Assembly: GCF_006345805.1 (NCBI RefSeq)
Contig: NC_042997.1
Location: 200,322,001 to 200,386,000 of the forward strand
Length of the DNA: 64,000 nt
DNA from: Octopus sinensis
Lineage: Eukaryota
Direction: 5' to 3'
Below are positions 24,216 through 38,146 of the stretch, one piece after another (positions within the stretch are counted from its first letter, which is position 1; every line of letters starts with the position of its first letter). Below the pieces are notes generated by a model. The model was not told the origin of the DNA. It saw only the letters and a list, made by a program, of their open reading frames with translations, and made no database searches. A program made the position numbers and the translations under genes.

Positions 24216-24430
24216 GGTGGAGATCCTGCAGAATCGTTAGCACGTCGGGCAAAATGCTTAGTGGCATTTGGTCTGTCCTTACATTCTGAGTTCAAATTCC
24301 GCCCAGGTCGACTTTGCCTTTCGTCCTTTCGGGGTCGATAAATTAAGTACGAGTGAAACATTGGGGTTGATGTATTCGACTAATCTCCTCGCTACAAATC
24401 TGAGGCCTTGTGTCTCCAGTAGAAAGGGTT
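24216..24430 (+). mobile_element. SINE family B
   Basis: AAGGTGGAGATCCTGCAGAATCGTTAGCACG...GTCGACTTTGCCTTTCGTCCTTTCGGGGTCGATAAA; another partial copy follows at ~24495-24630. Confidence 0.82.
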
Positions 24431-25334
24431 ATACAAAAGAAAATGTGCGTGTGTGTGTGCATATATGTAATTAATACTTTTATGCTCAGATATTCCACCG
24501 AGGTCGACTTAGCCTTTCATCCATCGAGGTCGATAAAATAAGTACCAAGTGGACACCGGGAGTCAATGTACTCGCTTTACCCCTTCTCTCGAAATTGTTG
24601 GCCTTTTCCCAAACTTTTAAAGCAACATTTTAATTTTCAGAGTATTTGAAATAAATCAAAATTTTCCTTTTGTGTAATGGTGCCAAATTGTTTATATTTT
24701 ATGTCTTCGGTAGAAGCGTCTCATTAAATATCAATGGTGGAAAGTTTTCTTTAAAAGAATTGAAATATATTATGACAAAGCAGACAACTACAACATAGAC
24801 AATAAATTTAATAAAATAGAAAACATTTGTTGAAAGAATTATGATATTTAATACATGTAATATATGTATGTTCATGTGTAATCTCATGTTTCCAGAAACT
24901 TTTATTATTAACAAGATACATTAGACAAATTAGAAGGTGATAATGAGACATTAAACAATATTTTTCTTTTCCCAATGGTAGCGAAATTATATTCATGTCA
25001 ATTTTTTTTTCAGTATTTTTAAAGCTATTTTTTTTATTTATGATATTTGTTTAGATTCTTTTAATTGATGTGGCATCAAATTAACAAAAAAATGTAAAAT
25101 AAATCGAATGTGGGTGTAAAAGAACATTTATCAAAATTATCAATATACTTTGCGATCATTCTATTTTGAATTTGTTTTGATCTGAAAATGTTTTTTGCGT
25201 ATGAGAAGAGTCGTGATAAAGTCTGTTGTGCTTTATGGGTTTTATTACTTACGGCACTTCCCGGAAAATAACACAACCAACAGCGAATGTTCTTTGAAAA
25301 GAATATATTAAAGGTGAGAATTTAATTGAATGTT

Positions 25335-25805
25335 ATTCTTTTATTCGTTTATTCTTTTACTTGTTTTCAGTCATTTGACTGCGGCCATGCAGGAGCACTG
25401 CCTTTAGACGAGCGAATCGACCCTAGGGCTTATTCTTTGTAAGCCCAGTACTTATTCTATCGTTCTCTTTTGCTGGACACACAACATCGGTTGTCAAGCG
25501 ATGGTGGCGGGGGGGGGGGGGGGCGGTGGAGACGAACAGACATACAAATACATACATACATACATACATACATACATACATACATACATACATACACACA
25601 CACACGCACATGTATGTATATATATATATACATATATATACGACGGGTTTCTTTCAGTTTCCGTCTACCAAATCCACTCACAAGGTTTTGGTTGGCCTGA
25701 AGCTTATAGTAGAAGACATTTGGCCAAGGTGCCACGCAGTGGGACTGAACCAGGAACCATGTGGTTGGGAAGCAAGGTTCTTACCACACATCCACTCCTG
25801 CGCCT
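25335..25805 (-). mobile_element. SINE family A
   Basis: Full-length match with an internal (TACA)n expansion. Confidence 0.9.
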
Positions 25806-25994
25806 GAAAGTTTTGCATTATCATAAAACATGCTGTGATCAACCAGACTATCAGATGTTGCTCTGCATTGCTGGTCACAATGCGCTTCGCTTTGTGACAG
25901 CCTTCCAATGATGCCACTCTGTTGGCTAGGCGAGTAGACTAACATTTCCTCACCTCTTTATTAGAAGACTATCCGTCGCAGGGTTTTTATCCTT

Positions 25995-26400
25995 TTGCAG
26001 CTGGGAGGACTGGAGCGACGTGAAATAAAGTGTCTTGCTTAAGAACACAATGCGACGCCTGGTCGGGAACCGAACCCACGATCTAACAATCGTTACTGCA
26101 ACTTTATAAAAAAAAGCTGGCACTTCGTCGGTAGCGACGATGAGTGTTCCAGTTGGTCCGATCAACGGAACAGCCTGCTCGTGAAATTAATGTACACTGA
26201 GCACTCCACAGACACGTGTACCCTTAACGTAGTTCTCAGGGAGATTCAGCGTGACACAGAGTGCGACAAAACTGACCCTTTGAAATACAGATACTACTCA
26301 TTTTTGTCATTTGATTGAACTGGAGCAACGTGAAATAAAGTGTCTTTCTCACGGGCAGAACGCGCTGCCAGGAATCGAACTCATGACTTTATGATCTTGA
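25995..26400 (-). mobile_element. Two adjacent family C-related SINE pieces
   Basis: GGAGCGACGTGAAATAAAGTGTCTTGC occurs twice, with the family C tail GATCAACGGAACAGCCTGCTCGTGAAATTAA between them. Confidence 0.7.
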
Positions 26401-27126
26401 GCCGAATAACCAAACCACTGCCCTGTGCGCTTTCATATAATATATGATTTACATTTGAAGTAACTCTTTGCAAAGTTCTATCAACGAAATGATTGCAACT
26501 TCTGTGGCTGTAATTCTAAAGAGGATATGAAGTTTTCTCTAGACACCTATGGAAATCTTTTACTTCAATCTTTCAATAAAAGAACTCTTTATTCAAAGTG
26601 ATCCATTTACGCGAAGTATTTATATATTTTAATGGTAAATATATTTTTAGGAATTCAAGAAATGAATCAATGAGAACAAACCAGACAAATATTATTGCAT
26701 GAGAGAGAATATATATAAATATAAATTTATAAATAAATATCATCTAACGTCCCCAAATACAGCAACACCATCGTTCACAAACCGCCTTTAACTGTTATTA
26801 TGAATTAATTAGAAGAGAATTGCGTCTCAACTTGTTTATCCTGTCTATAGACAGGTGTCTCCAGACTTTAGCGTTACTGTTTACTTTAATCATGTTCTAT
26901 TTAATGTGTCTTTCAGGTGTAGACAATGGTGCTTTTCAATGACATTTACCATTTCACAGAAGAGCAGACATTGGGACAAACAATACGCCGCTTCAAATTA
27001 TTTTACATAGCTCGTACATAAAAGATTTTAATAAATTCAGAAGAAAAAATAAATTGATTTTCTATGACGAAGAGGAAGCGTTAGACATTTTGAGCAGGAT
27101 CTTTCATGCACTGTGAGAGATATATA

Positions 27127-27331
27127 TCAGGCTGAGTAAAAAGTAAGCAATGGTTTGAAACATGAAATTCATCACAATATATTTCAACAATGCGGAAATT
27201 TTATTCATCAAAGTACCATTACAATCAACACATTTTTGCTAACGAGTTACAAGTTTGTTTATTAACATAAAAATCTGGAGTTCTGGAGCTGATGAACTCT
27301 TTGAACGCACCTTTGGCATCGATTTGATTAT
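27127..27331 (-). mobile_element. 3' end of a mariner transposon (transposase C-terminus plus right TIR)
   Basis: Minus strand NQIDAKGAFKEFISSRTPDFY..INKLVTR*QKCVDCNG, typical of a mariner C-terminus; TA|TCAGGCTGAGTAAAAAGTAAG TIR. Confidence 0.82.
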
Positions 27332-27954
27332 TGAGTTACATATTTTTGGGGGCACCAAAAGATTTTACGTGCTTAGGGCCTTTGTGGGTCTTAATTTGGC
27401 CTTGATTACAAGCTGTTAGATTCAGTAAATTGTAAATGTCTCTGAAAATATCTAGATTTCATTGTTAAAATAACATAGCCTTGTTATAAGAGATTGCTAC
27501 CTCTGTTTGTATGGTCGTGTTTTATATTTTGTGAAGTTCTCTTTGCTAATATTGAGGCTAAAGAAACTCGCTTCTAATATGTGTCTCATCAAAAAACCTC
27601 TGTATGCAGTTACCTCACGCCTGAAAACTGTTTGAAATCATTTCCAGACCAAATCATGGAAATCCTTCACCAATATAATATATTGTAATAAAAAAAATCC
27701 AACCAAGTAGCAATAGTTTTATTCGGCTATAACGGTAATCTTTATTATGACAAACATAAAGAATATACGTCCCTATTTAAGGGAAATGGCTGTACAAGAG
27801 TTTGCAGCTAAATATCCCGAAATGCATTTGGACTGGAAACTACAATTCATAGCATTCGTTGGCGCTTTAAAGACTTAGTATCGCCGATGCTTTTCAGCTT
27901 CTTGTTGAATGATGTGAGATTTCGAGTGGCGAAATTGATTTAATAAAATAATTG

Positions 27955-28190
27955 AACCCTTTTTAAAGCCTAGCGTGACTCATGAGTCCGGTTTTCCGGT
28001 TTCTATGGCGCATGTGTTCCCCAGCTGGACGGGACACCAGTCCATCCCAGCGTTACTCATTTTTGCCAGCTGAGTGGACTGGAGCAACGTGAAATGAAGT
28101 GTTTCGCTCAAGAACACAACGCGTCGCCCGGTCCAGGAATCGAAACCACAATCTTACGATCATGATGCTGACACCCTAACCACTAAGCCT
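27955..28190 (-). mobile_element. SINE family C variant
   Basis: tRNA-like head GGCTTAGTGGTTAGGGTGTCAGC...GGTTTCGATTCCTGG on the minus strand; tail shared with the 38331 copy. Confidence 0.78.
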
Positions 28191-28919
28191 CCAACAATGG
28201 GTGCTATGTTGCACCTACCCCTCCGTCACATGCTTGATAAGCTCTCTCTCTACGTACCATTGTAAAACTTCATGATGAAATGTTCACGAACAGAACCTGT
28301 CTAGGGTACATTGTTAAAAAAATCCAACATCGCTTCAATTACTAATGGAGCATTCTTCAGTTGAATCAGATTCTGATCGAAAGTCTGGAAAGCTCGAACT
28401 TCCAGACAGTCTTTGGTTAAGACTGTGTTAATTCAGTCATTCGGGTATTTGATAGGTAGTGATAAATAGCATTGACATTTGGCTTGTATTTATAGTTTTA
28501 ACCAAAGAGTTTAAGTGAAAACTGTCTTAGTCCAGATATCCACCTCGATATAGATTGTGCCATAGATCAGATGTCTGGTGTGTTTCAGTATAAATAAAGG
28601 ATCTAATCACAAACAGGTTCTTTCGAACATCACTCGATTTTTTCGTCCAGTTTTCATTCTTGAAGGACAAGTGCAATTGTTCCCTTAAGGTTTCATTTCG
28701 TTGTTGTATTTGAGTAAGATGGCGTGGTGTTGTTTTAAATTAATACATAAATTAGGATCCTTGATTTGGTAGAATTTGAAATTGGAATAGAAAACATGTT
28801 TTGAAGATAGTGAATTATTGTTTTTAGTTCTGTTATCTCTGAATACGCAAACGCAAAAGGGAACCGTGACTGTTCATGTATAACATTACACAAAAAATAG
28901 TAAAAGTCATATGATGGTA

Positions 28920-29332
28920 TATTTCTTTATTGCCCACAAGGGGATACACACAGGGGACAAACGAGGACAGACAAAGGGATTAAATCGATTACATCGACCC
29001 CAGTGCGAAACTGGTACTTTATTTATCGACCCCGAAAGGATGAAAGGCAAAGTCGACCTCGGCGGAATTTGAACTCAGAACGTAACGACAGACGAAATAC
29101 CTATTTCTTTATTACCTACAAGGGGCTAAACACAGAGGGGACAAACAAGGACAGGCATAGGTGTTAAGTCGATTACATCGACCCCAGTGCGTAACTGGTA
29201 CTTAATTTATCGACCCCGAAAGGATGAAAGGCAAAGTCGACCTCGGCGGAATTTGAACTCACAACGTAACGCAGACGAAATACCGATAAGGGGTTCGCCC
29301 GGCGTGTTAACGTTTCTGCCAGCTCGCCGCCT
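28920..29332 (-). mobile_element. SINE family B dimer with TSD
   Basis: Two bodies behind one head; flanked by AAGTCATA(T/C)GATGGTAT. Confidence 0.92.
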
Positions 29333-29584
29333 TTAAGTCATACGATGGTATGGGTCCTTTAAACTCAACATCGAGACACTCAAATGTGTCCGTAGACTTG
29401 GTAAATTTGGTACGAGTAGGGTGGTAGAAACATCATGGTTTCAATTCTAAGCATGCAGTGATAAGCTATTTTAACATATCCAAAAGAAAATGGTAAATTT
29501 TTTGATCTGCCATAGTGCCGTAATCTAGTTACTACAACACGACGCAGCAACTTATGTAAATCAGCGATTCCAGAAGATGTTATA

Positions 29585-29900
29585 TAGAGGAGAATAATCA
29601 GCTGTGTTATCTTTGCCAGGAATGTGTCGCTTTCTATAATTGTACAGCGATAATTCCATCCGCCAAAAGAATATTTTATTATTATTCATTCTCCTACTTT
29701 CGTGAATACTCCATATGAAACATTTTGTTGAACGGTAATATAACATAGAATGGCTTCGAAGAAAAATTAGATTGCCATTTTCTAAAACTTTCTTTGATAA
29801 TCATAGCCTCTTATTCAGTTGTAGAGCAATTGTGTTCTGGAGAAGGAAAACGACAGGTTTCTCTTACACTAGTGAACATCCAAGATTATATTTCCAGAAA
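29585..29900 (-). pseudogene. Gypsy-type LTR retrotransposon RNase H remnant
   Basis: KPVVF(SRT)...STTE*EAMIIKESFRKWQ...KPFYVI...NNKIFFWRMELSLYNY..HIPGKDNTAD resembles Gypsy RNase H motifs. Confidence 0.68.
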
Positions 29901-30959
29901 TCTCAAATTCCATAATAGAACTTCAAGTTAGATAGGAAAAGAGAGAGGTATTAACTCATGAAATTTTATTCGAATAAACAGCATCTAATTTTTTTCTTTT
30001 TGTTTTGCAATGGCAAAAGCAGCATTTAGTAGAGATTCAATTAGTTCTAGAAAAGGGAACATACGTTTAGAGTGAAAACTAAACAAATCTAGATGTTCTT
30101 TCTTAGCATGGCTAGGTATTGAATAATGAACGAAAGGTTTCAATCACCGCATGGGTTTCAGCGATTTAACATGTATTTTTGTTTGTCACTCTTTAAAGTA
30201 ATGTATAGTCTTTTAGCGGTTAAAATAAATTTAACTGTATTCTCTGATAATTTTATCAACGACAATAATATCACCAAGATAGGCGCAACTTCTTTTGTGT
30301 AATTATTCCATCTCCTGCCCTTTGGAAAGCGCTGACGGCATTAGCCACAACAATTGGTAACTCATAAATTGAAATAAATGTTTATCAACTTGAAGTGCAG
30401 AATATTTCATATCACGTCTATGAAGAGAAATCTGTGGACTGTTTTCAAGTCGAATTTGATCTAAAATTTATTGTAGGAAAAGCGACACACGAGATATTCA
30501 ATATGAGAAAGTTGGTGGGCATCTAGAATGCAGTGGCGATTTATCGTTTGTGAAGTGTCAATAATCAGGCTTTGTTTGCCGTTATTTCTTATTACTTGTG
30601 CTCGCTATGGGGAGGCTGAGAGCTTAATCATACCATCGTCAATAAGCCATTTAATCTCTTCCTTAATAAAAGTTTCAAATGGAGAAAAGCAACGAAATTT
30701 ATTAGCAACCGATTTTAAATTATAGAACAAGCGGGAAAAACGAGTGGGGATCGTGAACATAAAAACGAGTCGTGCAACAGTAAAATATTTTAATGATTCT
30801 CTTAGTGTGAATGTAATACTCTGATATTATTTAAGAAAGACGGGACCCAAAATTATAGAGGAACACAAATTTAAAAAACAACAACAAAAACCCATTTTAA
30901 TGCACTTATTTTGGCTTTATTCGGCTAAAATGTCGAGTGACAAGCAAAACGAGTATATT

Positions 30960-31175
30960 CTTTCTTTTATTCTTTTATTCTTTTACTTGTTTCAGTCATT
31001 TGACTGCGGCCATGCTGGAGCACCGCCTTTAGTCGAGCAAATCGACCCCCGGGACTTATTCTTTGTAAGCCCAGTACTTATTCTATCGGTCTCTTTTGCC
31101 GAACCGCTAAGTTACTGGGACGTAAACACACCAGCATCGGTTGTCAAGCAATGCTAGGGGGACAAACACAGGCAT

Positions 31176-31212
<37 letters not shown>

Positions 31213-31384
31213 CATATATACGACAGGCTTCTTTCAGTTTCCGTCTACCAATTCCACTCACAAGGCATTGGTCGGCCCGGGGCTATAGCAGAAGACACTT
31301 GCCCAAGATGCCACGCAGTGGGACTGAACCCGGAACCATGTGGTTGGTTAGCAAGCTACTTACCACACAGCCACTCCTGCGCCT
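30960..31384 (-). mobile_element. SINE family A, close to consensus
   Basis: Full-length, very similar to the 14506 and 42185 copies. Confidence 0.93.
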
Positions 31385-32039
31385 ATATACCTGTGTTTAT
31401 TGCAAACGGCTGTTATTTTAAATTCAACTGGACCGAAAATAAAAGTTAATGTGTAATATTTGAGTATGTGTATGTATGTATATATGTACGTATGAACGTA
31501 TGCATGTATGCGCTTGTGTGTGTGTGTACATGTATTTGTGATCAGAGGCGTTCGTAAACCGAGGTTCTACTGTATATTAAAGATTTATAAGTCAATACTG
31601 TCCTACCTTTTGGTGTTACCATTGCATTGTTTTCATTTTTGAATTGGTCCATCCAGTTGCGTTACACCACTAAACTCAGTCGTTATTCAAGCAATGTACT
31701 CGCGTATGGGAAATGGATTGGATGTGATGCGGAAGGAGGAGTAAGAACTCCTGGAATGTTCATATACGCCCATCACCTTTTTTTTCTATTTTTGATTGCA
31801 CTGTTTATGTAGACAGATTCGTATACGAAACGCTGCACCTTTCAGTAGTGGTTGTAAATTCTATTAAAAATCTGTAGAGAGGCACTTAAGGATGAAGGCA
31901 ACACGTTGCTAACACAGAGTAAGACATAGACTTTTAAACCTTTGATATACTTGGTAGTGCATAATGGTTGAAAAATGGAATACATACATACATACATACA
32001 TACATACATACATACAGCCTGTATATACATATGTATATT

Positions 32040-32260
32040 TTTTGTCTCCTTTTTTGTCCCCTTTTTTCTCACCTTTTTTCTTTCCTTTTTCTCTCTCTTT
32101 TTTTTTGCTCTCCTTGTTTTTTCTGTGTCCCTTTCTGTAGAAGAGCGTAAGCTCGAAACGTAAAAGACTTTTCTATTCCTGAGCGTTATACTAATACATC
32201 TGGTTGTTTTGTACACCACCTCTTTTCGTCTTTTGTTGTTTTTTTTTCGTAAACTCTCTC
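32040..32260 (+). mobile_element. Penelope-like pseudo-LTR fragment: pyrimidine tract plus minimal hammerhead, between TA-rich repeats
   Basis: Homologous to the reverse complement of 44408-44600. Confidence 0.65.
32127..32168 (+). ncRNA. Minimal type I hammerhead motif, A6U variant
   Basis: CTTT-CTGTAGA-A-GAGC-GTAA-GCTC-GAAAC-GTA-AAAG. Confidence 0.6.
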
Positions 32261-33526
32261 TATGTATATATGTATATATATACATATACGATGGAATAAG
32301 TACTAGGCTTACAAAGAATAAGTCCTGGGGTCGATTTGTTCGGCTAAAGGCGGTGCTCCAGCATGGCTGCAGTCCAATGACTTAAACAAGTAAAAGAATA
32401 AAATAATAATATATTTTCTGCTACATATGTTTATGAATGAATGTGTGTGTGTGCGTATATTTGTGTTTATATATGCATATATACTTACACACACACACAT
32501 TTCAAAAATAGCACTAAAGGCACCGTAACTGCGTATCTTTGCACGTGTTTGTGAGTTTGCATAAATGTATGTGTGTGTGTGTGTGTGTTGTGTATATGTG
32601 TCTGTGTTTATGTGAATGCATGTATGTATGTGTAAGTGTGTGTGTTCGATCTATTTTCAGGAATTAACTTTGTGTTTGTACTTATTCAACCCTTATTCCA
32701 GTTCTGATCTTTTAGAGAAGAAATTATTTGCTAAGACATATAAATAGTTACCCAGAAACAAATCTCAACGATCATTTTCTTTTAGCATTTGTGCTTTGGT
32801 ATTCTCATATTATTTGTACAGCAGAAGCAATTCTTGTATTTTAATATTCATTTGTTTTTATTTTTCTTTACTTTATAGAAGTATCGTTATTTATTATTTT
32901 TTTTATTTGAACAAAAGAAATTTTCAGCTGATGTAGACAGCCAAATCTTTAAAATGGCTACATGATACATAAGATAAATTTTAGTTTAAAACAGTTCTGA
33001 ATTATAGATATAGTAATAAAAAAAAAATGTAAATATCATAAAATACAACATAATTTAGAAGATTATTCTGACAAAAATGCAAAGCTTTGAAGATTAGCAA
33101 TATCATATCTTACTTCCTTAAAACATCTGTTATAGACGTTTTATGCATTTTATACTAAAGAAAAGAAATCTTAAAAAATACATAGAAATAATCGGATCTG
33201 GTAATAATATCTATTAAAATGTTTAGAAAGGAAAATATTTTGTGTAAAAAATAAATTGTGTTTCTTGTGTAAATTTTATTATTGAAGATAGCGGTTTCTT
33301 AAATATCAGCAAATGTGATATCTATTATCTAATAAATATTTGATATTAATACAATTCTAATAATGACCAACAGCTGTGCCTAGCCAAGACTGTGCTCAAA
33401 ATGCTTGTAACGGCTCTGTGATTGAAAAGTTTGCTTGCCAAACATGTGGTTTCAAGATCAGTTCCACTGCGAAGGATTTTGCGCAAGTGTCTTCTACTAA
33501 AGCCCCGGGGCGACCAAAAGCCTTGT

Positions 33527-34030
33527 GAATGTAATAAATTGGCCCATAAAGAATACAAAAGGAGGGGAAATGAAACAGTCTCAAATATTGTGAGTGAGTG
33601 TAGAGGACTGGCCCAAAAGGAATGCAAAAGGAGGCATGAAAACGTAACTAAATACGTTCATTAGGGATTATATGAGAAGTACGGCCTTGAAAGGGCATTG
33701 AAACAGCACAAACATAAACCAGAAGGCATCACCGAGAATAATGAGTATAAGATGATATGGGATTTTCAATCCAGTATGATTCAGCAATTGATGCTTCGGT
33801 TGATAAAATGATGAAAGAAAAAGAAACTAGGATTATAGATATTGCCACTGCTGGGGATGTATGAGTGGGTGAGAAGGAGTTGGAAAAGATTGAGAAGTAC
33901 AAGACACTAAGAGATGAGATTGTACGAATGTGGGAGATGAAGAAAGTAACTGTGATGCCAGTAGTTGTAGAGGAAATGGAAGTATGGACAACCAGATTTG
34001 AGAAATCTGTTGGAGAAACTAGGATTGGTA
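33527..34030 (+). pseudogene. R4/Dong-like LINE C-terminal knuckle and RLE fragment
   Basis: ETVSNIVSECRGLAQKECKRRHENV...KPEGITENNEYKMIWDF...IIDIATAGD...EKIEKYKTLRDEIVRMWEMKKVTVMPVVV. Confidence 0.85.
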
Positions 34031-34176
34031 TGAGCATGGGACGGCGAGGATTTTCAGATTGGTACAAGTATCACGGAAAGAGATCCTGTGAGATGTTGGA
34101 TAACAGCTTCGTGTTCATTCTTAAAAATTAAGTAAGTGAGCTTGAGGGCTCTGAGCATTGAAATGGAAATAATAAT

Positions 34177-34190
34177 AATAATAATAATAA

Positions 34191-34267
<77 letters not shown>

Positions 34268-34285
34268 ATAATAATAATAATAATA
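34177..34285. repeat. (TAA)n-(TAG)n-(TAA)n trinucleotide repeat
   Basis: Direct reading. Confidence 0.97.
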
Positions 34286-34334
34286 TTGTAGTACCAGTGA
34301 GTGGCTTGCCCTGATGCAGTACCAGACAGTGGCT

Positions 34335-34655
34335 TGCCTTGGGCAAGTGTCCTCTACTATAGCCTCGGGTCGACCAAAGCCTTGTGAGTGGATTTGGTAG
34401 ACGGAAACTGAAAGAAGGCCGTCGTATTTATATATATATGTGCGTGTATATGTTTGTGTGCCTGTGTTTGTCCCCCCAACATCGCCTGACAACCGATACT
34501 GGTGTGTTTATGTCCCCGTAACTTAGCGGTTCGGCAAAAGAGACCAATAGAATAGGTACTAGGCTTACAGAGAATAAGTCCTGGGGTTGATTTTCTCGAC
34601 TAAAGGTGGTGCTCCAGTATGGCCACAGTCAAATGACAGAAGCAAGTAAAAGAGT
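34335..34655 (+). mobile_element. 5'-truncated SINE family A
   Basis: CCTTGGGCAAGTGTCCTCTAC...GGTGCTCCAGTATGGCCACAGTCAAATGACAGAAGCAAGTAAAAGAG. Confidence 0.88.
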
Positions 34656-34663
34656 TTAGAAAC

Positions 34664-36580
34664 ATGGGTGCTTCGTTCAACATCCTTAAACAGCCCTTAT
34701 TCAGGAACCTTTTGAGAATACGAAGATTTGAGAAGAGAAACAAGTTTTACAAGCAAAATAAGCTGTTCGCACCGAATGCAAAAACATTCTACACAGAAAC
34801 AGGGAAGAAGAAAATAACCGTTGAAGACAACCCACTCCTATGGAAGAAGTTGAAAACTTTTGGAAAAATATTTGGAGTGATGAAAAGAAATACAATGAAA
34901 ATGCAGAGTAGATTAGAGACACTGAAGGATCCTACAAGAATTTACCATAACAAGCATGGGAAGACATCACAGTAGAAGACCTAATTATGACATTCACGAA
35001 GGCTCATAAGTGGAAATCTCCTGGTAATGATAGCCTGGTAATGATAGGGTGCCAAATTTCTGGCTCACATCGCTCCCGTGAGCTCATGAAATTTTAATTC
35101 AGTTATTCAATGAGATTATAAGAGATCCTAAGAAAACACCTGATCGGTTAGCAAGAAGTATTACTTACCTCCTTCGAGTAATAATGAAACTAAATTTTCT
35201 CTAAACTATCGGCCCATAACATGTCTATATACGACGTATGAAATTTTAACATCCATCCACATGGAGGAAACACAAATTTATGAAACAGAATGATATTTTC
35301 CCCACTGAACAAAAAGGGTGTCAACGAGGCTCATATGGATGCAAAGACCATCTTTTAAATCAATCGTATGATCCTTAAGAACTGTCATAACGAACGCGAA
35401 AATCTCAGTCCTGCATGGGTTGATTATATAAAAAAAAAAGGCCTTTGACAGCATACCGCATTAATGTATCTTGAAATCGCTGGATATCTTCCAAATTTCT
35501 CCTATGATTTCAAATTTCCCGAAACACATGTCAGCGTGGAATACGAATCTCCAATTATACCACTCTAATGGGGTTCTGACCATAAACAATATTAACATTA
35601 ACTGTGGCATTTCCCAAGGTGACTCACTTTCACTTCTAATTTTTTTTTTGCATAGCCCTAATACCCCTTACAAGTGAACTTAACAGAACAGGGTATGGGT
35701 ATAAAATTGTCGACAAGAAAATAAGTCCTCTATTTTACATGGATGACTTAAAACTCTATATCAAAGATGATAATGAGTTTGAAGAACTATTACATACTGT
35801 GAAAGCATTCAGTGATGAAATCGTGATGGTATTTGGTCTCGATAAATGTACAAAGGCTACTTTCCAGAAAGGAAAATTGAAGATGTTATATTCAGTGATG
35901 TTAGATGTTGACACAGTTATAAAAGAACTTGAGCAGGAACAAACTAACAAATACCTCGGAATAAATGAGGGCTCTGGCATTCAACAGGCAAGTATGAAAG
36001 AAAAGATCGGGAAGGAGTGTTACATGAGAGTTCGAGCAGGTCCTAAAATCTGAGTTAAACACCCGTAACAAGGCGTTAGCTATACATTCCTTCGCAGTTC
36101 TAGTTGTTATTTACAGTTTCAATGTGTTGAACAGGAATATGAGCGAAATAAGGAAAATTAAGTGGAATGTGCATAAGCTGCTGACTTGCAATAAGATACG
36201 CCACCGAAAGACAGATGCAAATCGTCTTAGCCTTCAAGGAGGTCGAGGCGTGATCTAATTTGAAATCTCTTTCAAAACCACCACAAATATATTGTAGTAT
36301 CTAAAGACTGGATGCTAAAATTCGATGGAAACCACGAGAGACGTAAGAAGCTTCATTCTGTTGTGAAGGAGAGCAAACAATTTGCTAGTAAATTCATGGA
36401 TAATATCCAGGTTGAACGGCATGATGGAAAAGCAGCAACTGTTGTTGCAAAGAAAGTGACATCAATGGCAAAGCAGAATGCGTTTGAGCAATTGGCTGAT
36501 AGGTGGGAAGAAAAACCTCTGCATGGCAAATATGTGGCTCGTAACAAACAAGGTGATGTAGACCAGAAGCACACCCATCA
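34664..36580 (+). mobile_element. Decayed R4/Dong-like non-LTR retrotransposon, RT region
   Basis: RIRRFEKRNKFYKQNKLF; GISQGDSLS; YMDDLKLY...FSDEIVMVFGLDKC; KYLGI; WEEKPLHGKY. Many frameshifts. Confidence 0.92.
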
Positions 36581-36585
36581 GTTAA

Positions 36586-37032
36586 GTTCTGTTAAGTTCA
36601 CTTGTAAGGGCTATGCAAAAAAAATTAGAAGTGAAAGTGAGTCACCTTGGGAAATGCCACAGTTAATGTTAATATTGTTTATGGTCAGAACCCCATTAGA
36701 GTGGTATAATTGGAGATTCGTATTCCACGCTGACATGTGTTTCGGGAAATTTGAAATCATAGGAGAAATTTGGAAGATATCCAGCGATTTCAAGATCCAT
36801 GAATGCGGTATGCTGTCAAAGGCCTTTTTTTTATATAATCAACCCATGCAAGACTGAGATTTTCGCGTTTGTTATGACAGTTCTCAAGGATCATGCGATT
36901 GATTTAAGAGATGGTCTTTGCATCCATATGAGCCTCGTCGGCACCCTTTTTGTTCAGTGGGGAAAATATAATTCCGTTCCATAAATTTGTGTTTCCTCCA
37001 TGTTGATGGATGTTAAAATTTCATACGTCGTA
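36586..37032 (-). repeat. Inverted duplicate of 35230-35689
   Basis: Reverse complement aligns along its length; both copies give the same ORF-track peptide MKSLDIFQISPMISNFPKHMSAWNTNLQLYHSNG... Confidence 0.95.
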
Positions 37033-38146
37033 CGAGTATATAGATCAGAGTTTATTGACCCGAAACTATCAATGATTCTCTCATTGTCACTTTGGTAAAA
37101 TCAATCCATTGATAGTTCCAACAAGGTGTGTGAGTGTGTGTTTGTGTGTGTTTGTGTGTGTGTGTGTGCGTGTTTGCGTGCATGTGTTTATAAAACCATT
37201 AGAAAACAAAAATGTTGAATCCGGTATGGTATTTTAATAAATTAAAAAAAAAACAATTACATCTAAATCTACAATTCTTTTATATAATTCTCTCTACTGA
37301 ATTCAGTTCACATGGCATTGGTAAACAGTTGCTAATTACCCACGGTTCCAATACTGAGATTGAACTAACAATCAGGTATTCTAAAACTTCTTAACCACAC
37401 AGCCATTCCAGGTTCGAAGATTATGAAGAGAAAACGTTAATTAAAATCGCTGACGTCTGTAAATAGAATCAAATACATTTATAAATAGCAAAAGATTTTT
37501 ATGTAATGACAACGTTGCTTTGGTTATACTTTGTAATCATAGAAAAAAGACCTATATTTCAGTAATGGAAACAGATTCAGGTGATTAAACATTTGAGCGT
37601 ATTTATATCTTCTATTAATAAACCTTTCTGTTCAAGCTTCGATAATATATATTTTCGAAAAGGTCATTATAATTGTTATTCCATACACCAGGAAAGAGAT
37701 ATTTAAAGAAAAGGAATCGCGTTAATAAGTGGATAATATTTTAAGAAAATGATATGGTTATTCTATATGTGAATATTACATTTATATCCCAGAATAAAAA
37801 TTAGCAATTCTGAAAAATAATCTCAATGTAAAAACATGATTATTTTTATATAAAAAATTAAAATTCAATTTTCATCAGAAATATTTCTTTACATCGATAT
37901 TAAGTAGAGTAAGAAATTCTCAAGAGAATTTGAAGAACTTCAAAAAAATTTCAAATCATTTCGCATTTCTTGATTTTTTTTCTTTAGTTATAAATATTTC
38001 ACATATTTTACTGTTCAACAACGTCATAGACAATCTTTCAAGAAAAATATAGGCTCAACTTATTTGATTATTGAAGAAAATAATACGCATCTGTCCGAAT
38101 ACGTTGTTATGTGCAGTTTTCTTTGAAGGAAGATGCGGCGTACCAT

